Assembly: GCA_950097015.1 (NCBI GenBank)
Contig: CATNEN010000003.1
Span: 868,001-932,000, forward strand
Reading direction: 5' to 3'
Source: Macrostomum hystrix
Taxonomy: Eukaryota; Animalia; Platyhelminthes
DNA: 64,000 bases
Below the pieces are notes generated by a model, which saw nothing but the letters and a program-made list of their open reading frames with translations, had not been told where the DNA came from and did not search any database. Below, in pieces: positions 56,191 through 64,000 of this stretch (positions within the stretch are counted from its first letter, which is position 1; the number at the start of each line of letters is the position of its first letter). Position numbers and translations under genes: made by a program.

Positions 56191-59100
56191 TTAAGGAGCC
56201 ACAACAGCGCTAGGATTCTGCGGCTGCATTGGCGGCGGCGGCGGCGGCGGCGGCGGCGGAAGATGCAATGACGGCACATTCACACTGACTGGCGGCATTC
56301 CGGGCAGAGTCAGCTGGGTGCTGACCGCAGGAAAGTCTGTGGGTATTGACTCGCTGACTGGCTGCGGCGGCGGCGGTCCAGCTGGCGAAGGATGATCATG
56401 GGACTGACCATGACCGCCATACTGTTCATGGGAGTGACCATGACCACCGGAATGATCATGGGAGTGACCATGACCGCCGTACTGATCATGGGAGTGACTA
56501 TGACCACCGGAATGATCATTGGAGTGACCGTGGCCAGTGGTAAACTGGGGGTACTGTTTCACAGCAGGACTGCCGCCGGTGGATGAGCTCAGAGGAACCT
56601 GCAGTGGATTTTGAGAAAAACATTTTAGTTCAATTCAATCTGTTATCCCAAACTGGGACTTTGTTTTTTATCCCAAACCTGGAAATTGTCAGTTATCCCA
56701 AATCAGGACATTGTCTGTCATCCCAAACCTGAACATTCTTCATAATCCCAAACCAGGGCATTGTTCATCATTCTAAACTAGGACATTATCTATTATCCCA
56801 AACCAAGGCATTGTTCGTTATCCCAAACCAGGACATTGTTAATTATCCCAAAACTAGGATATTGTCTGTTATCCCAAAAATGCTACCACTTTATTGAGTT
56901 TTTATATCTCCCAGAATCTCACATCTGCAAAGTGCTCGCCATTGGCAACGGAGGCGCCGCCCTCCGCAAGGCTGTCTGGAAACTGCTCGCAAAGGGGAAT
57001 TCGATGCAAATAGCCGTAGCCGATGCCGCAGCCGAGAAGGCCTTCGCCGCCCCAGGCCGAGTTTGGCACAATGGTCACTTCACGGCACGAGTCGGTGACA
57101 GTGCTGTACACGTACAGTTTTAGGGGCTTGTTGTCGTGCGCTTCAATCATGGAGAACAGATCCTCTGCGTCCTGCATTGAGTGATGTGGCTACAATAATA
57201 AACCTGTATTATAGAAACACCGCCAATATGTTAGGAGGTGTGGGATTTTAGACAGACTATATTGGGTGGGATTTTAGACAGACTATATTGGGTGGGATTT
57301 TAGACAGACTATATTGGGTGGGATTTTAGACAGACTATATTGGGTGGGATTTTAGACAGACTATATTGGTTGGGATTTTAGACAGACTATATTGGGTGGG
57401 ATTTTAGACGGGATATCTAGGGTTGGATTTTAGACAGGATATCAAGGGGGATGTCAGACAGGATATCTAGAATGGGATTTTAGAAAGGATATCTAGACCT
57501 GCAGCAGGGCGTCAGCGCCGATGATATAGTCGCTGTCAGATTGGAATCCAGCTAGAGCAGCTGGCGAATTCGGCTGCACATCCATGACGTGCCAGACGTT
57601 CTCGTTTGCGCCCTGGAATGAGCAGAATCGAATGCTGACACCGAGGAGACCCTGACCGCCCCAGCTGTCGGTTGGAACAATGGTGACCTCGCGACACACT
57701 TGGGTCTTGCTGCTGTAGACCAAAGCTCGCACCGGCTTGTCCTTGTTGGCCAACAACAACTCGCGAAGCTTGTCATTGTCCTCATTCTAAAAGTATGAGG
57801 ATTGGTAATAAGTGATCTAGCTGCTAATTCAATGGGAAATCATATTTCAGGCCGTTGGTTTTTTAAGCACCTACCAATCTAGTGTTGCCAATGGCAACAA
57901 TGAAGTCAAAGAATGCTTCAAGGCCAGCTTTGTGACCAGGTGAGTTTTCTTGGACCTAAAATTTGATAGCATTTTTGTTTTTTTAAGGCTTTTTAACTTC
58001 AACATGAACCATTAGTGAACCTTAAGCCATTAGTATAAAGTATGGCTTAAGTGCTATAAGCAATCTACCAAAATAGATTCTATAAATTATAAAGAAAATT
58101 AGTTGGACTATAGGCCTATATGAACCTATAATTATAAAACATACTATCCAAAAATGTTGGCTTTTCTCAACTCTAGATTAACAAACATAAATTTAGTTTT
58201 AAAATTATTAGAATTTTTGTCTACTCACTTCAGTTTAGACTGAATGCCTGAATTGAATTTAGAAAAATAGCACTGATTAGAACAATAATGACAGCACTGG
58301 ATAGGGTAATGTATCATCAACCAAACAGTGTATCTTCAAAACCGAACAAGAATTTTGACTCCTTCCTTGGTCTCATGCAAGACAGAAACAAGCTATTGTG
58401 TTTCACAGAACAACTAATTTGATAGTCAAAGAAATTATCTACAAGCTGAGGCATGATGTGCAATAAAGCATTAAGAGAAAAGAAATATATTTATGTTTCA
58501 GTAGAATTTTTTATTGCAAAAGCATACTTTTTAACAACATTTTTTCAGTATGTACTTTAGACAAAGATTGTATAATGTGGTTGCTTGCCAATTAAATGAC
58601 CATAAATGTAGTTATTTATAGAGCATGAAAAATGCTTTCAAATTACATAATTCATGATAGTTCACTCCTTAAAATAAGATTAAACCACTCACTCAAATTG
58701 TAAAACCAAACATCAAATTCTCTGTTTGGTTTGAAGATACATGAAAATCATTGTTCGGTTTTAGATAAAAAGCAGGAATAACTTTTGGCAGTGCTTATCC
58801 CCACGGTACCATAGAAATAATTTTTGTCTTATTCCTACAGTACTGTGGAAATAATTTCCTGCTTATCCGCACGGCACACTGACGAGATAGCTGTCCTATC
58901 TTCAACATATTCCGTGGGAATAATTTCCCACAAAATAGTTTCAAACAGGAATATTTCATATGGGAATAGTTTCAAACGTAGAGTGGGTAGGATTCGTAGC
59001 TCCAGAGATGCGTAAAGTAATAGACCGTATTGGTTAACTAACTGCGAAAAAAGCAGAAAACTTTAATTTCTTTACTTGCTTTTAAAAACTGGAAGAAAAA

Positions 59101-60661
59101 AGGAAAATTGCAGTCATGATAAAAAGATAGATGATAGGACAGCTATCTCCTCAGTGTGCCGTGCGGATAAGCAGGAAATTATTCCCATGGAATATGTTAA
59201 AGATAGGACAGCCATCTCGTCAGTGTGCCATGCGGATAAGCAGGAAATTATTCCCACGGTACCGTAGGAATAAGACAAAAATTATTTCTACAGTACTGTG
59301 GGGATAAGCACTGCCTTTGATTTATCATCATATCTTAAATAGAAAATCTGTAGCTTAGGTTTGAAGCTAAAAAAATACACATTCTTGTTTGGTTGATGAT
59401 AGGCTACATTACCCTATAAATATAATATTATTTCTTCCTTACAAAAGTCAAAATTATTACAATTCATTCATTCATTTTTATTAAAAAATTTTGAGCAAAA
59501 ATATTTGCTAGGCCTACCAATCAGTATTTTAGATACATACTCTTAAGTCTCTAAAGTCTATTTTAAAATTATGGTAGTTGTTATTTGTCCGGTTAACCGG
59601 ACAAATAGCCGTTTGATTATTCGTCCGGTTAACCGGTTAACAGTGACTTTGCTGTCAACCACTGATGCCAAAGTGGTGGTAATATTCATGTAGGCATCGT
59701 TTCTTAGAAATGTTTATCATATAAATCCATTGTTGAGTTAGCTGAATCCCTGGCAAATTAGGAAACTAAAAGCTAACCTATCTAACTAAAAGGGCAATTG
59801 ATCTATATGCTATCTATATATAATTTTAGGTTGCCGACAGACCAATGCCTGGATCAAGGAACAACTATGTCTTCGTTTATATATATATATCTTAATATAT
59901 TGCCTCTTAATAGCCATAGCCAATAGCCGTTTGATTATTCGTCCGGTTAAATTAAAACCAAAACTTTTCGGTGTTGACTATATCTCCTGCATCAAAGTCA
60001 CTGTTAACTGGTTAACCGGACGAATAATCAAACGGCTATTTGTCCGGTTAACCGGACGAATAATCAAACGGCTATTTGTCCGGTTAACCGGACGAATAAC
60101 CAAATGGCTATTTGTCCGGTTAACCGGACAAATAACAACTACCTAAAATTATAGAACATCTTAGCAGGCTTGATTTTAAATACTATTACTAAAAAGTGTT
60201 ATAAAATAATAAACTGAATTAGGATATAGTTTTTACAATGTAGCCCTCTGCCAAAATCTTAAAATGTGTTACATAATCATCATAGACATTTGTTGATTTA
60301 AATAAAAACACCCATGGTTAAAGATAGGGAATAGAAAAATATCTCACAAGTAAATGTTTAGCCTAGGCCCTGGTTAACAACAAAATATTATTATAGGCCT
60401 AGCCATAGGCTAACCCAACAGTTACAGAATCAGGCCTTTTTTAATGAAACTGAGCTATTATCTGAATGTAAAAAATATATATATGATTAGGCCCCTAAGT
60501 TAATCTAAGACGTTCAATTTGACTTACTTTACTTTGGCATAATTGACTTACTTTATTCTTGTCATTGATATAAAAAGCAGAAAAGTCAGACTATTTACCC
60601 TAAGCACGTGGTAGCCATCGGTACCTCCTCCTGGAACAGGTGCGCTACTGCCAGCACCCAT
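56191..60661 (-). CDS. GORASP2: Golgi reassembly-stacking protein GRASP55/65 (two PDZ-like GRASP domains; His- and Pro-rich tail), 362 aa
   Basis: Exons 60599-60661 (MGAGSS..GYHVLR, myristoylation-type Gly2), 57875-57955 ([20 protein letters not shown]), 57499-57786 ([30 protein letters not shown]), 56923-57171 ([20 protein letters not shown]), 56191-56598. Confidence 0.93.
56640..56880. repeat. Degenerate ~25-bp minisatellite (TTATCCCAAACCAGGACATTGTTCG)
   Basis: About 9 copies filling GRASP intron 4. Confidence 0.8.
57238..57495. repeat. Minisatellite, 26-bp unit GGGTGGGATTTTAGACAGACTATATT
   Basis: About 10 copies filling GRASP intron 3 and running up to the splice donor. Confidence 0.9.
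58303..59414. mobile_element. Second copy of the GGGTAATG-TIR MITE, interrupted by a nested element
   Basis: Collinear with 20956-21596 on both sides of 58787-59315. Confidence 0.8.
58787..59315. mobile_element. Nested MITE with ~140-bp imperfect TIRs (GGCAGTGCTTATCCCCAC...)
   Basis: Termini GGCAGTGCTTATCCCCAC / GTGGGGATAAGCACTGCC; replaces ~68 bp of the host MITE relative to the intact copy. Confidence 0.8.
59573..60143. mobile_element. MITE, 571 bp, 9-bp TSD (MULE- or Merlin-type)
   Basis: TIR GGTAGTTGTTATTTGTCCGGTTAACCGGAC; TSD TAAAATTAT at 59564-59572 and 60144-60152; tandem palindromes GTCCGGTTAACCGGAC. Confidence 0.88.
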
Positions 60662-61983
60662 TATATAGAAAATTAAGTTTTTAATTCGTCAGTTAAAATT
60701 AATATAGGCCTAAATGCTTTTAAGGCTTAGCGGCCCAAGATCACGTGTATGTCGTATGGCTTGTGTTTTTAAAATAAATATAATGCTTCCACGTTTCACA
60801 GGCTTAATTAAATAGGTGCTAATTAAATACTTTTTTATGTAACACAAACGTTACTTAAATTATACGTTTTATGCCCTGCAAAGTAGAGTTACGTATGCAT
60901 TAGTTAAATAGCAGACTAAAAGCAAAAATAGTAGCTATACCAAGCAGTTTATTTCACGACATGTTCGAGTTTATACACGTTAGCATAAACTTTAAACATT
61001 TATTTGGTTTAAATTATTTGTAATTAGCTTAAGTATATCTAAGCGTACACACAAAAGCAGATCACACATAATTAATACATATGCGGAGATTATAACGTGT
61101 GTATATCACGGATGTTTTGTTTTAGTGTGTAGTTCGATAACTATAAAATTACGTTGAAAACTTATCAGCCGTTATTGCCACACTCTAAATATTGTATCTC
61201 AATGTTAGCTGATAGGAGCTGCTTTCAAATCACAAAATATGGTTGATTTTCACATCAGGATGGAAACAAATTTTTTTAACAGTTAAAACTCGTGTAAACT
61301 TTCAATGCCATGGACGATAGTTCAGCGTATATTAACATTATTAGCATCGCTGTACTATAAAAGGCAATCCACGTGATCAAAAGTAACTAAAGTAGAAAAA
61401 AACGACTTTTTTTAAGTCTTTGAAAGTGATAAAAACGAATCGTTTGCCAATTAAAATCCGCATCTATTGGTACGCGGCTAAGAACGAAAAAGTAAAAAAT
61501 TGAGCTTCATTGTTTATTTAGCGTTTGAATGAGAAAACAACTAATAATGAGTGGACACTGTATAGTAATTACAGCAGCATGCAGCAGAAGTAAAGAACAA
61601 GAACTATATTTAGTAAATATTTACAACTGGGTGCAAAAAACTACAACATACAACACTTGAATGCAGTTGGTGCCATTGAGCAAATCTTACACACAAATAT
61701 TAAAGACAGTAAAAAAATGGCAAATAAGAGAAAAATAGTGAAGCAAATTAAAATTTGGAAGCTCAACTGTTTCCTTTGAGCGTCTAACGCTTGACTGCCA
61801 CAAAGAGCTGAATTTATTGTAAAAATTTAGCCAATAAAAACTATGTACAGCCTAGGAGTAGAATGACGCATCAATTATGATATAAATGCTAAAAATCATG
61901 GAAAATTAGGTTAAATAGAAATCACTCCTAACAGCATACATATACACAAAACTTTAAATTCCATTAAATGGCTAAAATTAGAC

Positions 61984-63216
61984 TTAAACCCGGTCAGCCT
62001 TGTACTCGTAGCAGCAGTGTTCGATCTCTTTAGGCTCAGCAATAGCTACATAATTATCGTCCAACGACTTGGCCATCGAGGTGGACATTGACGACGATGT
62101 TGAGCGAGATGGCGATGCCAACAGTAGAATGTGCGTAGTCGGCGATGGTGTGGAAGATCTGGCAGTCGGCAATTGCGAGTCAGTGTCAACAGCGATGCTA
62201 ATTTTAGAAGGCGAAGACTTTTGCAATGCATGATGGTTACACCGACCGCGCAATGGTCGGTGCGGCGACGGCGAAGCGTTCTCCTTGTCGCCGTTGGCAC
62301 AGCTGGCTGAATAGGTTGTAGTCTTCGCCGTCTGGCCGCCCAGACGAAGGAAGGCTGGCAGCTCGAGGTGCCGGGCGTCGATGCGACCTCGCTGATCCTC
62401 CATGCGGCTGCCCTGGACTCGAGCCAGCAGCTCAACTAGCGAGTCATCCTTGGCGATATCAGAGACTTTAGAAACTGTCGCTGTTTGCGCTAACGCAGAT
62501 GGCTGTTGCCATGGTAAAGCTGAGGCGGGGCGTCGAGGCGACGATGTTACGGGAGCAACGACTAAACCATGAGTTGATGGAGCCTGCATAGTTCAAGATA
62601 TGTTTGGCTGAGTCTGAGGATCAGGGAATGTTTCTGCTCCAGTCTGAGGATCTGGGAATGTGTCTATTTCAGTCTGAGGATCTGGGAATGTGTCCATCCC
62701 AGGCTGAGGATCGGGCAATGTGTCTGCTTCAGTCTGAGGATCTGAGAATGTGTCCGTCCCAGTCTGAGGATCGGGCAATGTGTCTGCTTCAGTCTGAGGA
62801 TCTGGGAATGTGTCTGCTTCAGTCTGAGGATCTGGGAATGTGTCCGTCCCAGTCTGAGGATCGGGCAATGTGTCTGCTTCAGTCTGAGGATCTGGGAATG
62901 TGTCCGTCCCAGTCTGAGGATCGGGCAATGTGTCCGTCCCAGTCTGAGGATCTGAGAATGTCTGCCTCAGTCTGAGGATCTGGGAATGTGTTAGTCCCAG
63001 TCTGGGGATGTGGGAATGTGTATACGCTTTAGTCAGAGGATCTGGGAATGTCAGCCTGAACCCAAAATCATTCAGTAATTTGTCGAACCTATACCTGTAG
63101 CTCGCAGATGCCCTCAGAGTCGAACACAACCAAGCCAGAGTCGATGGTTGAGGACATCCGTTTTGCGCTCCACTGACATCCTCCTAGCAACTGGGTCAAG
63201 CTGCTATTGGTTGGGT
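61984..63216 (-). CDS. 3' end of a GoLoco-motif protein (possibly RGS12/14/Loco-like); gene probably continues beyond the window
   Basis: Terminal exon 61984-62583 encodes DSLVELLARVQGSRMEDQRG (GoLoco with the DQR triad); upstream exon 63095-63216 joins in phase 0. Confidence 0.7.
62605..63055. repeat. Minisatellite, 30-bp unit CAGTCTGAGGATCTGGGAATGTGTCTGCTT
   Basis: About 15 copies filling the intron 62584-63094. Confidence 0.92.
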
Positions 63217-63469
63217 CTGGAAGGCATTGAAGACAATTAAATGATCTTTTAAAAAAAGACGATATGCTCTGGACCATTAGAGAACTTTGAAAATATTTGA
63301 CTCTATAACAAGATCCAAAGACTGTTTCATCACAGAGCTCATTTTTATTAAAACATGAAATGCTGCAGATACTTTCAGGCAAAAAATGACACGAAGCAAA
63401 GCTGGAGAAATCCTGCATTAAATAAAATACTTAATTAAGGTAACTAAAAATCAAGTAAAAACCATAGTC

Positions 63470-63700
63470 TCGGAGCTGAAATTCAGTGGCGAGGCCAAAC
63501 ATCGGAATTTACACTCATGAGGGCCTATCCCACTTTAAAGGCAGCTAATGAGAGTGTACACTGCTTGAAGATGGGCAAGTCAGGGCAGCTGTACACACCC
63601 TATCTGAGCGTGTTCCTGTGTTTAGGAGTCAGCGGAATGGGCAGAATTGCCAATCGAGAATCGTCAGTGCCAACAACCGAATGTAAATCATACCAGCTGT
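63470..63700 (+). mobile_element. SINE family B copy, degenerate
   Basis: GCGAGGCC..AGTGTACACTGC..GTACACACC..TTAGGAGTCAGCGGAATGGGCAGAATTGCC. Confidence 0.6.
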
Positions 63701-64000
63701 TTGAAATTGACAGCCAATAAAAATGCTTAGCTAAAACAGTCGACACAAAGTCAGTAAAAAAAGACATAAAATAGGACCATTCAACAAATAACAGGAGTTT
63801 TCAAACTTTAAAATAGTATCTAAGCTAGTTCTAGCGCCTAAGCTTGGAGGGCAGCGACACAATGCTAGGCCTACTAGGCCTCTGACCAATGATGGAACAG
63901 GACGATAGTGAGTCAGGGATTGAAACGGCTGCTGCTTCGGAGACGGCGACAATCCTTTGATCTGCAATTCGATAGCATCAATGAATAGCTACCGTGAAAT

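Noticed and set aside
63731-63967. ORF as a further exon of the GoLoco gene
   Set aside because: No recognisable motif and no confident splice sites; truncated context at the window edge.

Overview
Eukaryotic, intron-rich animal DNA. The GC-rich exons, short GT-AG introns and dense intronic minisatellites resemble a free-living flatworm such as Macrostomum (inference only). Six host genes were reconstructed by hand from splice sites: (1) a protein-4.1/Coracle-like FERM+FA protein with two DDX1-type SPRY domains (minus, ~1174 aa); (2) a CLCA-family protein that has lost its HExxH metalloprotease motif (minus, ~988 aa); (3) an unassigned low-complexity Cys/His-rich gene (plus); (4) RIB43A/RIBC2 (minus); (5) GRASP55/65 with a His-repeat tail (minus); (6) the 3' end of a GoLoco-motif gene (minus). 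There are two full-length Ty3/Gypsy LTR retrotransposons. One is a decayed CsRn1-clade copy with a MITE nested in its 5' LTR. The other is a young copy in RIB43A intron 1 with apparently identical 593-bp LTRs and a TSD, a Q/N/Y prion-like Gag, a -1 frameshift signal, an open PR-RT-RH pol with NO integrase, and an extra non-env ORF with its own TATA box. This second element is the strongest candidate for an undescribed system. Two tRNA-derived SINE families, several MITEs, a foldback element and about 13 minisatellite arrays fill the rest. All coordinates were read by eye; repeat boundaries are approximate.
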